A DNA stretch of 64,000 nucleotides from Paraconexibacteraceae bacterium (GCA_963750375.1 CAVVQN010000021.1:44037-108036); one strand, 5' to 3'. Numbered from the stretch's first letter, positions 52,309 to 62,496 are shown. The notes: generated by a model not told the origin, from the sequence alone. Program-made: numbers and translations.

Positions 52309-53816
52309 GCGGGAACACGGACCTCGCGGCCGGCGGGCGCCCCGACATGCTGCACCGCCGCAACCGGGGGCCGGAGCAGCGCGACGCCGGCGCCGATCAG
52401 CGAGGTGACGGCCAGCACCCACATCGCCACGTGCATGTTGTGGATGAACGGGTCGAGCGCCTCGGCGGACAGCCCGGTCGTCAGGCCGGAGAAGATCGAC
52501 AGCAGCGTCTCCTTCGGGACACCGCTGGTGACGATCGCCAGCAGCAGGGCGATCGACAGGACCGAGCCCGTGTTCTGCAGCATCATGCGCGTGCCGCCGG
52601 CGATGCCGCGCCGGTGCGGCGGGGACCGCGCCCATCATCGCCGCGGTGTTCGGCGAGTTGAACATCCCCGAGCCCACGCCGGTGATCAGCAGCCACAGCG
52701 CGGTGAGCCAGTACGGGCGTACCGACCTGCAAGCGTCGTCATCCCGGCGAGCCCGACGGCCGTGACGAGCAGGCCCGATCGCGGACAGCGAGCGCGCCCC
52801 GTGGCGGTCGGCGTAGCGCCCCGGCGAGCGGCGAGGCGATCAGCATGCCCGCGCGCCAGCGGCGCGAGCTTGACGCCCGCCAGGATCGGGTCGTCGCCCT
52901 AGCGCGCCCTGGAAGTAGAGGACGAAGACGAACGTCAGCGCGAAGCGCGACAGGCCCGAGAGGAACGCGGCGCCGGTGGCGGCGCTGAAGCCGCGGTCCG
53001 CGAACAGCGTCAGGTCGAGCATCGGCGCGGGCGGCCCGGCGCTCGACGACGAGAAAGAGCGGGCAGCAGGACGACCGCGGCGATCAGCGGGCCGACGGTC
53101 ATCGCGTCAGACCACGCCTCCAGGCCGCCGCGCGAGATGCCGTAGGTCAGGCCCGTGAGCCCGACGACGAAGGTCAGCGTGCCCAGCCAGTCGAAGCGGC
53201 GGTCCTGCTCGGGGCGCACGAGCTCCGCAGCACGAGCGCCGCCCAGACCGTGCCGAGGAGGCCGAGCGGCACGTTGAACCAGAAGACCCAGTGCCAGGAG
53301 ATGCTGCACGAGCGCGCCGCCGAGGACCGGCCCGAGCACGAGCCCGACGCCGGCGACCATGACGTTCGTCCCCATCGCGATGCCGAGCTGCTCGCGGCGG
53401 GAACGCGTCGGTGACCAGGGCGCTGGCGTTGGCGAACAGCAGCGCGCCGCCGACGCCCTGCAGGATGCGCCAGAGGATCAGGTCGGTGCCGCCGGTCGCG
53501 AAGCCGGCGCCGAGCGAGGCGAGCGGTGAAGATCGCAAAGCCCGGCGACGAACGCGCGCTTGCGGCCGAAGAGGTCGGACAGGCGACCGAAGGTGAGGAC
53601 GAGCACCGTCGAGGCGATCATGAAGGCGAGGATCACCCAGACGAGCAGCAGCAGGTCCACGCCGAGCGCCCGTTCGAGGTCGGGCAGCGCGATCACGAGG
53701 GTGCCGGAGTTGAGGGTCGCCAGCAGCATCCCGAGGCTGGTACAGGAGAGCGTCCACCACTTGTAGTGCTGATGGTCGGCCGTGACCCCCGGACTGAATC
53801 TCTTTCTTACGTTCAC
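52305..53816 (-). CDS. MFS transporter, DHA2 family (many frameshifts)
   Basis: KWWTLSCTSLG, GRLSDLFGRK, RILQGVGG, GPVLGG, FNSPNT. Confidence 0.9.
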
Positions 53817-53830
53817 GTCAGGTTATGGTA
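53803..53830 (-). promoter_or_regulatory. -10 box TACCAT and MerR-like dyad over the MFS start
   Basis: Minus strand TACCAT-AACCTGACGTGAACGTAAGAAA. Confidence 0.55.
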
Positions 53831-53891
53831 GCGCAGGACGTCGACGCACGGCACGCCTGACGGAGGTGCCGACGAGGCCTGCGGCGGCGGA

Positions 53892-55238
53892 TCACGCCGC
53901 GGGCGCGCCCCGCCTCGCCATGACGCTGCGGTTGACGAGCGCCAGCGCCGCGCCGAACGCCAGGAGCAGTCCCGCCCGCACGAACGTGTCGCCCTCCTTG
54001 CTCGTCATGACGGCGAGGGAGACCACGGCGCCGATCACCGGCAGCGCCGCCGGGGCTCGGAAATGGTCGTGCTCGACGTGGTCGCGGCGGAGCACCAGCA
54101 CGCTGATGTTCACCAGTACGAAGACGAGCAGGAGCAGCACGACCGTCATGTCCGCCAGGTCCGACAGGTCGCCGGTGACGACGAGCAGCATCGCCAGGCC
54201 GGTGGTGAAGAGGATCGCCACCCAGGGGGTTCGGCGGCCGGGCAGGACCCGCGCGAAGACCGACGGCACGATGCCCTGACGCCCCATTCCGTAGAGCAGG
54301 CGAGAGGCCATGATCATGTTGATGAGCGCCCCGTTGGCCAGCGCGAACAACGCGATCGCAGAGAAGATCTTCTGATCGACGGCCAGCGGTCCGAGCCGGA
54401 CGACCTCCTGCAGCGGGCCGGACGACCCGGCCAGGCGATCGGTCGGGACCGCCATCGACGCGATGACCGTGACCAGGAGATAGATGCCGCCCGCGATGAG
54501 CAGGCCGCCGAAGAGCGCGCGCGGGTAGCCCCTGGGCTCCTTCGCCTCCTCGGCGAGGTTCACGCTGTCCTCGAAGCCGATGAGCGCGTAGAACGCCAGC
54601 CCCGTGCCGGCCATGATCGCGCCGAGCGCAGGCTCGCCGTCCTTGAGCTCCAGCGCGCGCCCCGGGTCGCCGCCGCCGTCCAGCAGGAAGGCCGCTCCGA
54701 TGATCGCGACGAGCAGGAGCCCGGAGAGCTCGATGAGCGTCAGGACGATGTTGACCTTCACGCTCTCGCCGATGCCGCGCGCGTTGATCGCTGCGACGAC
54801 GACGAGAAACAGCAGCGCGACCGTGACGGTCGGCACGTCCACGAAGACCGACAGGTAGTCGCCGCCGAAGGACCGGGCGAGCGTCCCGGCGGACGCCAGG
54901 CCCGAAGCCATGACCGCGAAGGTCACCATGAACGTCAAGAACGGCAGGGCGAAGGCCTTGTCGACGTAGAGCGCAGCCCCGGCGGCCTGCGGGTACTTCG
55001 TCACGAGCTCCGCGTAGGCCGTCGCGGTGAACATCGCCAGGACGAGGGCGGCGAGGAACGCGATCCAGATCGCGCCGCCCATACGTCCGCCCACGACGCC
55101 GACCAGCGCGTAGATCCCGGCGCCCAGGACGTCGCCGATGACGAACAGCAGCAGCGCGTTGCGTGAGACCGTCCGGCGCAGCTCCGACGACGGCTGCTCG
55201 GACGCGGACCCTGCGGTCGCAGCGCTGGCTGAGGTCAT
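53892..55238 (-). CDS. APC family amino acid permease
   Basis: GDVLGAGIY, YAELVTKYP, FYALIGFED, ASRLLYGM. Confidence 0.93.
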   Translation of the reverse strand: MTSASAATAGSASEQPSSELRRTVSRNALLLFVIGDVLGAGIYALVGVVGGRMGGAIWIAFLAALVLAMFTATAYAELVTKYPQAAGAALYVDKAFALPFLTFMVTFAVMASGLASAGTLARSFGGDYLSVFVDVPTVTVALLFLVVVAAINARGIGESVKVNIVLTLIELSGLLLVAIIGAAFLLDGGGDPGRALELKDGEPALGAIMAGTGLAFYALIGFEDSVNLAEEAKEPRGYPRALFGGLLIAGGIYLLVTVIASMAVPTDRLAGSSGPLQEVVRLGPLAVDQKIFSAIALFALANGALINMIMASRLLYGMGRQGIVPSVFARVLPGRRTPWVAILFTTGLAMLLVVTGDLSDLADMTVVLLLLVFVLVNISVLVLRRDHVEHDHFRAPAALPVIGAVVSLAVMTSKEGDTFVRAGLLLAFGAALALVNRSVMARRGAPAA

Positions 55239-55276
55239 CGCGTCCCCCTACCCCGAGCGGGGCCGGCCCACGCGCG

Positions 55277-56176
55277 TCAGCGGTGAGCGTGCGCGCCGAT
55301 CGCGTTCAGGCGGGCGGGCGTGTCGTCGTCACACGTCGCGAAGAACGAGCCGACCTCGTCGACGAGGTGGTCCATCGACTCCGCCGCGAAGAGCACAGGC
55401 TGGTACCGGGTGATGTCGTAGTCGAGCGTCGCCATCGCGCCGAAGTCCAGCGGGCGGACGTCGGCGCTGCGGAACTCCTCGATCTCCCCGTAGGACGACA
55501 GCAGCCCCGCACCGTAAGCGCGCAGCTCCCCCGCTTCACGCACGAGGCCGAACTCGATCGTGAACCAGAAGACGTCGGCGACGACCTGCAGCGCGTCCGG
55601 TGTGCCGGCACGGCGTGCGGCCTCCCCGGCGAGTCGGTTGATCTGCGCCAGGCGACGGTCCGCCAGGAGGTGCCCGTGCCCGATGATCTCGTGCACGAGG
55701 TCCGGCTCGGGCGTATACAACGGCGCGGCGGGGTGGCGGATGTACTGCGTGGAATGAAACAGCCCGTCGGCGAGCGACCCGTAGAACTCCTCCAGCGGGA
55801 CGATGCCCGCCGCCGGCACGTAGCCGAACCCCGACAGCGGTCGCAGTGCAGCGGTGACGTCGTCCAGCTGCGGGATGTGGTCGCGCGGGAGGTCCAACGC
55901 GACCACCGCTTCCCGAAACGCCCGGCAGGCCAGGCGCTCGTGCTTGGGCGCGAGCTCCCGCCAGATCGTCCGCCAGACCTCGTGCTCGTCGTCGGAGTAG
56001 TCGATCCGCGGTGCCGGGTCGCCATCGCTCCAGGCGAGCGCGGCGGCCGCGATCGCGTTGCGACGCTCGCGGTAGACGGCGTCGGCCACCCCGGGGTGGT
56101 CGGCGGCGAGGTGGACCGTGACAGTCCCGTCCGTGGCCTGCGTCACCGGGGAGTACAGCTGCGCCTCTTCGAACAC
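55277..56176 (-). CDS. phhA: Phenylalanine 4-hydroxylase
   Basis: STQYIRH..PLYTPEPDLVHEIIGH, FWFTIEFGL, YGAGLLSS.GE, YQP. Confidence 0.95.
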   Translation of the reverse strand: MFEEAQLYSPVTQATDGTVTVHLAADHPGVADAVYRERRNAIAAAALAWSDGDPAPRIDYSDDEHEVWRTIWRELAPKHERLACRAFREAVVALDLPRDHIPQLDDVTAALRPLSGFGYVPAAGIVPLEEFYGSLADGLFHSTQYIRHPAAPLYTPEPDLVHEIIGHGHLLADRRLAQINRLAGEAARRAGTPDALQVVADVFWFTIEFGLVREAGELRAYGAGLLSSYGEIEEFRSADVRPLDFGAMATLDYDITRYQPVLFAAESMDHLVDEVGSFFATCDDDTPARLNAIGAHAHR

Positions 56177-56220
56177 CGTTCAGCGCTCCGCCGCGGCGAT
56201 CGGAGATCCGTCCACTGTCT

Positions 56221-56246
56221 GATTAGAAACAGCTGCAGGCGGGAAA
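56221..56246 (+). promoter_or_regulatory. SigB/SigF-like promoter for the small ORF
   Basis: GATTAG-N14-GGGAAA. Confidence 0.45.
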
Positions 56247-56282
56247 GGACGCGGGCAGCACCCAACCCACGGCGGAGGCACC

Positions 56283-56342
56283 ATGTACATCGGAGTCGGA
56301 ACCCTGCTCGTCATCATCATCCTCGTCGTCCTCCTCACCTAG
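56283..56342 (+). CDS. 19-aa hydrophobic small protein MYIGVGTLLVIIILVVLLT
   Basis: GGAGG RBS 4 nt before ATG; strongly C-ending codons; single TM helix. Confidence 0.7.
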   Translation: MYIGVGTLLVIIILVVLLT

Positions 56343-57534
56343 CGATCGCGCCGGTCGTGGTCTCGGGTGCGGCCTGGGACCACGACATCGCGTACCCGGG
56401 TACGTCGTGCAGCCGCGCGAGTGCCGTGAGGCGCAGCGGCCTGAACGTGTCCCACATGACCGCGAGCTCCTCAGTGCGCCGGACGCCCAGCGACGCCTCG
56501 ACGAGGCCCGGCTGAGGCCCGTGCGGCAGCCCGCTGGGATGGAGCGTGATCATCCCGACGTCCACCCCGCGCCGGGAGCCGAACTGCCCCTCGACGTAGT
56601 AGATCGCCTCCTCTGACTGCACGTTGGAGTGGTGGTAGGGGAGCGCCACCGCCTGCGGGTCCCAGTCGAGCTCGCGCGGACAGAACGAGCAGACGACGAA
56701 GTTCGGTCCCTGGAAGGTCTGGTGGACCGGCGGCGGCAGGTGGATACGCCCGCTCATCGGCTCGAAGTCGTCGACGTTGAACGTGTAGGGGTAGACGTAT
56801 CCGTCCCAGCCGACGACGTCGAACGGGTGGTGGTCCAGCGTGTAGGCCTGGAGGCCGTCACGGACCCGGACGGTGAGCTCGTGCTCGGCGCCGTCGCCCG
56901 CACCCTCGTCGTGGGTGCGCAGCTCGCGCGGGGGGTGAAAGTCACGCTGGGAGTACGGGGCGTGCTCCAGCAACTGGCCGTAGCGGTTGCGGTAGCGGTT
57001 CGGGGTCTCGACCTCACCGGGGGTGAAGAAGCACAGCCACACCTGCTCGACGCCGGGATCAGGTCGGAACCGGTAGGTCGTCCCGCGCGGGATGACGACG
57101 TAGTCGTGCTCGCGGTAGGGGACATCGCCGAAGATCGTCTCCACGGTCCCCGTGCCGCGGTGGACGAAGAAGAGCTCGTCCCCCTCCCCGCTGCGGTGAT
57201 AGGCGTCGCGTCCTTGCGTGGGCTTGCAGATGCTCACCTCGATGTCCCCGTTGAACTGCAGCAGGCGCCGGCCGGTGAGCCAGTCGCCGCCGGGTGCGAT
57301 GTCGTTCGTGTCGGTCAGCCGATGCACGTGGGTGTCCGGGATCCACTCCTCCCGGACGATCGGCGTGAACGGTCCCACCTCCTTGATGCGGCAGGGCGAA
57401 TGCAGGTGGTAGAGGATCGACTCGTTGCCGCTGAAGCCCTCGAAGCCGAGGACCTCCTCCACGAGGAGGCGACCGTCCCGGCGGAACTGGACGTGCCGCT
57501 TGGCGGGGACGTCGCCGAGCTGCGTGTAGCGCAT
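56335..57534 (-). CDS. hmgA: Homogentisate 1,2-dioxygenase
   Basis: GDELFFVH, HHPFDVVGWDG, HLPPPVHQTF, PYHHSN..E, HGP, AVM.DT. Confidence 0.93.
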   Translation of the reverse strand: MRYTQLGDVPAKRHVQFRRDGRLLVEEVLGFEGFSGNESILYHLHSPCRIKEVGPFTPIVREEWIPDTHVHRLTDTNDIAPGGDWLTGRRLLQFNGDIEVSICKPTQGRDAYHRSGEGDELFFVHRGTGTVETIFGDVPYREHDYVVIPRGTTYRFRPDPGVEQVWLCFFTPGEVETPNRYRNRYGQLLEHAPYSQRDFHPPRELRTHDEGAGDGAEHELTVRVRDGLQAYTLDHHPFDVVGWDGYVYPYTFNVDDFEPMSGRIHLPPPVHQTFQGPNFVVCSFCPRELDWDPQAVALPYHHSNVQSEEAIYYVEGQFGSRRGVDVGMITLHPSGLPHGPQPGLVEASLGVRRTEELAVMWDTFRPLRLTALARLHDVPGYAMSWSQAAPETTTGAIAR

Positions 57535-58682
57535 CAGAGGTTCCCCCGGAGGTCCTGCTCGCGCTCGATCGCCTCGAACAGCGCCTTGAAGTTCCCCTCG
57601 CCGAACCCACGGGCCCCGTGGCGCTCGATGATCTCGAAGAAGACGGTGGGCCGGTCGCCGACGGGCTTCGTGAAGATCTGCAGGAGGTACCCCTCGTCGT
57701 CGTGGTCGACGAGGATGCCCTGCGCGCGCAGGTCCTGCAGCTGCGGCCTGACCTGCGGCACCCGCTCGGCGACGTCGTCGTAGTAGGCGTCGGGGATCGT
57801 GAGAAAGCCGACGCCGCGGGCACGCAGCGCGGCGACCGTCCCGACGATGTCGCGCGTGGCAAGCGCGATGTGCTGGACGCCGGCGCCCGCGTAGAACTGC
57901 AGGTACTCGTCGATCTGCGAGCGCCTCTTGCCCTCGGCCGGCTCGTTGATCGGGAACTTGATGCGCCCGTCACCGCTGGACACGACCTTCGACATGAGCG
58001 CCGAGTACTCGGTGGAGATCGCCTCGTCGGAGAAGTGGATCATCTCGGTCATCCCGAAGACCTCTTCGTAGAAGTGGACCCACTCGTTCATGTGGCCGAG
58101 TTCGACGTTGCCGACGATGTGGTCGATCGCCAGCAGAAGGTCGTCGGCGCCGGAGGTCGCCTCCCGCGCGGTCTCACCGGCCGGTACGAAGCCCGGCAGA
58201 AACGGGCCGTCGTACCGCGAGCGGTCCACGAACGTGTGGATCGTGTCGCCGAAGGCGGCGATCGAGGCGGTGCGCACGCGGCCGTGGGCGTCCTCGTCGT
58301 CGTGCGGGAGCTGGAGACCGCGGGCGCCGTGAGCGGTCGCGTAGGCGTAGGCGTGGTCGACGTCCGGCACCGAGAGCGCGATCGCGCGGACCCCGTCACC
58401 GTGGCGGGCGTGATGGGCCGCGATGTCGGTCCCCGGGACGAGCGTCCCGGTGAGGACAAGCCGGACGCGACCCTGCTGCAGCATGTGGGAGGTACGCTCG
58501 CGCTGCCCGGTCTCAAGGCCTGTGTATGCGATCGGGCGGAAGCCGAAGGCGTGCTGGAAGAACGAGGCGGATTGGGCAGCGTTGCCGACGAAGAGCTCGA
58601 CGTGATCGATGCCGTGCAGCGGCATCGGGTCGGCGGATCGGGCGCGCGCCGGCGCGGTGACCGTCGCGGGACTGGGCAGCAT
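57534..58682 (-). CDS. hppD: 4-hydroxyphenylpyruvate dioxygenase
   Basis: IDHIVGNV, SQIDEYL, GVQHIAL, LLQIFT, FFEIIER, GFGEGNFKALF. Confidence 0.96.
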   Translation of the reverse strand: MLPSPATVTAPARARSADPMPLHGIDHVELFVGNAAQSASFFQHAFGFRPIAYTGLETGQRERTSHMLQQGRVRLVLTGTLVPGTDIAAHHARHGDGVRAIALSVPDVDHAYAYATAHGARGLQLPHDDEDAHGRVRTASIAAFGDTIHTFVDRSRYDGPFLPGFVPAGETAREATSGADDLLLAIDHIVGNVELGHMNEWVHFYEEVFGMTEMIHFSDEAISTEYSALMSKVVSSGDGRIKFPINEPAEGKRRSQIDEYLQFYAGAGVQHIALATRDIVGTVAALRARGVGFLTIPDAYYDDVAERVPQVRPQLQDLRAQGILVDHDDEGYLLQIFTKPVGDRPTVFFEIIERHGARGFGEGNFKALFEAIEREQDLRGNL

Positions 58683-58780
58683 TCGGAACCTCTCGTCGCT
58701 GATTCAGGGTCGAGGGTTAATGTTTCTCCGTCTATGCTGGGGTCGCAATCACGATTCGTTGCGTGTAAGGGGGTCTCGAC

Positions 58781-59224
58781 ATGGCGCTGGACGCAGTTGA
58801 CCAGCAGATCGTTGCGTTGCTGCGCGAAAACGCGCGGCGGTCCTTTCAGGACATCGGCTCGCGGGTCTCGCTGAGCGCACCGGCGATCAAGCGGCGGGTC
58901 GACCGGTTGGAGGCCGCCGGGGTCATCCGCGGGTACGCGGCGACGCTCGACCATGTGGCGCTCGGGTGGACGACGCATGCGGTCGTGTCGCTGTTCTGCG
59001 AAGGGCGGATGTCCGGCAGCGAGATCCTTTCCACGTGCGGACGGCACCCCGAGGTCTCGGCGGCGTACACGGTGGCGGGGGAGGCGAGCGCGATCCTGCA
59101 TCTGCACGCGCGGGACACCGAGCACCTGGAGGAGGCGCTCGAGCGCCTGCGCGACGCGGAGGGGATCACGCGGACCCAGACGCAGATCGTGCTCTCGACG
59201 CTCTTCGAGCGTCCGGTCTCCTAG
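58781..59224 (+). CDS. Lrp/AsnC regulator divergent from hppD
   Basis: LDAVDQQIVALLRENAR..LSAPAIKRRVDRLE..GVIRGY. Confidence 0.93.
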   Translation: MALDAVDQQIVALLRENARRSFQDIGSRVSLSAPAIKRRVDRLEAAGVIRGYAATLDHVALGWTTHAVVSLFCEGRMSGSEILSTCGRHPEVSAAYTVAGEASAILHLHARDTEHLEEALERLRDAEGITRTQTQIVLSTLFERPVS

Positions 59225-59264
59225 ACCTCGAAGAGCCGCAGGACCTCGAAGCGCAGCCCGGGAG

Positions 59265-59651
59265 TCACCGGTTTGGGCGGCGGCGGCGGGGTCTGCGGGC
59301 CCGACGACGGCGCGGGACGCGGGGTGCGAGGAAGAGCGCAAGGCGCCAGGGGTCGTCGAGCCATTCGAGGTGCTCGACCTCGGCCGCGGTGACCGTGCGG
59401 GTCGGCTGGGCGCGACGCCAGGCGCGACGGGCGTCCAGGCGCTCGGCCCAGCGCGTGAACGCCGGCTCCGCCTCCGCAGGCAGCGCGCGGTCTTCGGCGA
59501 AGTACCGCATAGGTGCGCGGAACCCGTGGGGGTTGGGCGCCAGGGCGTCGGGCGCACCGAGCAGGGCGCCGATGAGCCCCTCGGTCCAGCCACGCTGGCG
59601 CTTGAGGTCGCTGGCGCTGATCAGGCGCGTCGCGGCGGGGTCCGGCAACAC
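59265..59651 (-). CDS. Hypothetical protein with a putative DNA-binding domain
   Basis: LISASDLKRQRGWT..LLGAPD..PNPHGFRAPMRYF; GTG start 7 nt after TACCCT. Confidence 0.6.
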   Translation of the reverse strand: MLPDPAATRLISASDLKRQRGWTEGLIGALLGAPDALAPNPHGFRAPMRYFAEDRALPAEAEPAFTRWAERLDARRAWRRAQPTRTVTAAEVEHLEWLDDPWRLALFLAPRVPRRRRARRPRRRRPNR

Positions 59652-59761
59652 GCCTTCGAGGGTACCGACGGGCGGTCGATGCGGCTTCGGGGGCGGCCGG
59701 TGCCCCCAGACCGTCACTCACCCGCCGGGCGCCGCGAGCCGCACGGGCGGTCGGCGGCGCG

Positions 59762-60592
59762 TCAGACGATCGGCGTCACGAGCTCGCCGAGCCCGTCGGC
59801 GCGCAGCGCGACCGTGTCCCCGGCTCGCAGCCAGCGGTCGTCCCCGTCCAGCGCGCCGAGCTCGAGCAGGCAGCCGCGGTTCAGCGTGCCACTGCCCAGG
59901 ATGTCCCCCGCCCGCAGGCGGGTGTCCCGGCCGGCGTGCGCGACGATCTCCTCCCAGGTGAAGTGCTGCTCGCCCGCGTGCGTGCGCGTGATCTCGCGCC
60001 CGTTGACGAGGACGCTCGCCTCCAGCTGCAGCCGCCCGTCGACGAACGGCAGCTCATCCGGCGTCACGAGCCACGGCCCCAGCGCGGTCGCGAAATCCTT
60101 GCCCTTCGCCGGCCCCAGCCCGACCGTCACCTCCTCGCGCTGCACGTCGCGCGCGCTGAGGTCGTTCAGCAGCGTGAAGCCCGCGATCGCCCCGGCCCCG
60201 TCCAGCACGGCCGCGATCTCGAGCTCGAAGTCCAGGCGGCGCGTGGTCGAAGGGCGCCGGACCGCCTGGCCCGGACCATGGATCGAGGCCGGGTTGGAGA
60301 AGTAGAAGGCGGGCGCCGAGTACCACGCCGGCGGGATCTCGCCGCCTCGCCTGCGCCACCCCGTCGCGACATGCCCCTCGAACGCGTAGAAGTCACGGAA
60401 GCTCGGCGGTTCGGGGACCGGCGCCAGCAGGCGGACCGCTGCGAGGGCGACCGGCGCGTCGCCGGCGTCCTCCCTGCCCTCGCCCCGGAGCCACGTCGTC
60501 ATCGTCGCCGCGCGCAGGCGGACGACCGACTCACCGTCGAGGCGGCCGACCGCCTCGCGGCCTGCCGGATCGATGAAACTCACCAGGCGCAT
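59762..60592 (-). CDS. Fumarylacetoacetate hydrolase family protein
   Basis: RDFYAFEGH, FYFSNP, LDFELE, NDLSARD, KGKDF, GSGT. Confidence 0.92.
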   Translation of the reverse strand: MRLVSFIDPAGREAVGRLDGESVVRLRAATMTTWLRGEGREDAGDAPVALAAVRLLAPVPEPPSFRDFYAFEGHVATGWRRRGGEIPPAWYSAPAFYFSNPASIHGPGQAVRRPSTTRRLDFELEIAAVLDGAGAIAGFTLLNDLSARDVQREEVTVGLGPAKGKDFATALGPWLVTPDELPFVDGRLQLEASVLVNGREITRTHAGEQHFTWEEIVAHAGRDTRLRAGDILGSGTLNRGCLLELGALDGDDRWLRAGDTVALRADGLGELVTPIV

Positions 60593-60668
60593 GCCCTCGC
60601 GACGCTAGCGGATGGGTCGTCCCCTTCCACCGGCGTGCACGGCGGGACGAGCGAGTAGGTTCCGCGCC

Positions 60669-62474
60669 GTGCTCCGCCGCCTCCCCCTGCTGCTCGTCCC
60701 CATCCTGACCTGTGTCGCGACCGCCGTCCCGGCCGGTGCGTCCACCCCGGCGCTGGCCGGTCACTGCCTCACCCTCGGCGCCCAGGGGACGAGCACCAAG
60801 GTCTACCTGAAGGCCACGGGGCCCGACACGTTCCTGCTCCAGCGGCCCGATGGCAGCCTGGCCGGCGCCGATCGCCCCGGCCCGGACGCCGAGTGGCGCA
60901 TCACGCGGACGCCCCGTGGGCTGCTCAGCGTCCGCTCGGTCACGTCGGGAGCCCCCCTCTCGGGCAGCGGCATCTTCCGCGCGCGACCGGCGACGGGGTG
61001 TCGGCGCTACCCGGAGGCCCAGCTCAACACGCGTGGCGTACCCGCAACCGGCACCCTCAGCGGGTGGGCCGACGTGCACATGCACATCACCGCCGACGGC
61101 CGTGGCGGCGGGCTGGTCATCTCGGGCGAGCCGTTCAACCGCTTCGGCATCACCGAAGCGCTCGGGCGCGACGCGGACGTCCACGGCCCGGACGGCTCGC
61201 TGGACATCACGGGCAACCTGCTGCGCTCCGGGGTCCCGGTGGGAACCCACGACACCGGCGGGTGGCCGGGGTTCGGTGGCTGGCCGACGGCGGACACGCT
61301 CACGCATCAGCAGCTCTACTGGCGCTGGCTGCAGCGCGCCTGGCGCAGCGGGATGCGCCTCGTCGTCGCACAGACCGTCGAGGACGAGCCGCTCTGTCGC
61401 ATCGAGCCGCGCCGCAAGCACGACTGCGACGAGACGGCCGCAGTCGAAGCGCAGATCCGTCAACTCCGTCAGATGCAGGTGTACATCGACGCCCAGTACG
61501 GCGGCAAAGGACGCGGGTGGTTCCAGATCGTGACGGGCCCCGCGCAGGCCGCGCGCACGATCCGTGACGGCAAGCTCGCGGTGCTCATCGGCATCGAGTC
61601 CTCCGACCTCTTCGGCTGCAGCCAGACGCTCGGCAGGCCGGCCTGTGACCGCGCGGACATCGACGCCTCGATCGCGCGCTTCAAGGCGCTCGGCGTGCGC
61701 ACCGTCTTTCTCGCCCACTGGGTCGACAACGCGCTCTCCGGCGCGGCGCTCGAGGGTGGAGCCAAGGGGCAGTTCATCAGCGCGATGCAGGTCGAGCAGA
61801 CCGGCACGCCGTTCCGGACCGGGCCCTGCCCCTCCCCGGAGCAGGGCGAGGAGCAGGTCGAGGGCACGGGCCACACGTGTAATCAGCAGGGGCTGAACGA
61901 GCTCGGGGCCTACGCGGTCGACAAGCTCATGGACGCGCAGATCCTCATCGAGGCCGACCACATGTCCGAGGGTGCCCGCGACGCACTTCTGGACATCGCC
62001 GAGAAGCGCGGGATCCCGATCGTCTCAAGCCACACGAACACCGGCGGCGTGTGGACACACGCCGAGCTCAAGCGGCTCTACGCGCTCGGCGGGTTCGCCA
62101 CCGCCCGGCCCGCGGGCGGGGCCGCCGAACTCCCGGCACGGCTTCTGTCGTTCGCCGAGGACCAGGTGCGCGGCCCCGTGGGCGTGGCCCTGGGCTCGGA
62201 CACCGGAGGGTTCGCCGACCTGCCCGGCAAGGCCGACGGGCGGGGGACCCTGCAGTATCCGTTCCGCTCCTTCGACGGACGGGTGCGGTTCGACCGTCAG
62301 AGGACGGGCGACCGGACGTTCGACCTGAACACCGACGGGGTCGCGCACTATGGGCTGATGCCCGACCTCCTGGCGCTGGTCGGCCAGCAGCCGCGGGGTC
62401 AAGAAGCTCTGGCGGTGCTCTTCCGCTCAGCGGCGTCCTACCTGGACACGTGGCGGCGTACGGGCGCCCGATAG
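60669..62474 (+). CDS. Secreted membrane-dipeptidase (M19)/amidohydrolase-like protein
   Basis: ADVHMH, GIESS, EADHMS, SSH, GSD, GVAHYGL.PD. Confidence 0.82.
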   Translation: MLRRLPLLLVPILTCVATAVPAGASTPALAGHCLTLGAQGTSTKVYLKATGPDTFLLQRPDGSLAGADRPGPDAEWRITRTPRGLLSVRSVTSGAPLSGSGIFRARPATGCRRYPEAQLNTRGVPATGTLSGWADVHMHITADGRGGGLVISGEPFNRFGITEALGRDADVHGPDGSLDITGNLLRSGVPVGTHDTGGWPGFGGWPTADTLTHQQLYWRWLQRAWRSGMRLVVAQTVEDEPLCRIEPRRKHDCDETAAVEAQIRQLRQMQVYIDAQYGGKGRGWFQIVTGPAQAARTIRDGKLAVLIGIESSDLFGCSQTLGRPACDRADIDASIARFKALGVRTVFLAHWVDNALSGAALEGGAKGQFISAMQVEQTGTPFRTGPCPSPEQGEEQVEGTGHTCNQQGLNELGAYAVDKLMDAQILIEADHMSEGARDALLDIAEKRGIPIVSSHTNTGGVWTHAELKRLYALGGFATARPAGGAAELPARLLSFAEDQVRGPVGVALGSDTGGFADLPGKADGRGTLQYPFRSFDGRVRFDRQRTGDRTFDLNTDGVAHYGLMPDLLALVGQQPRGQEALAVLFRSAASYLDTWRRTGAR

Positions 62475-62496
62475 GTCCCCTGCGCGCCGGGGCTCC

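Noticed and set aside
59221-59721. Alternative 166-aa ORF
   Set aside because: Low-complexity translation; the overlapping frame 59265..59651 has protein-like sequence and a -10 box before its start
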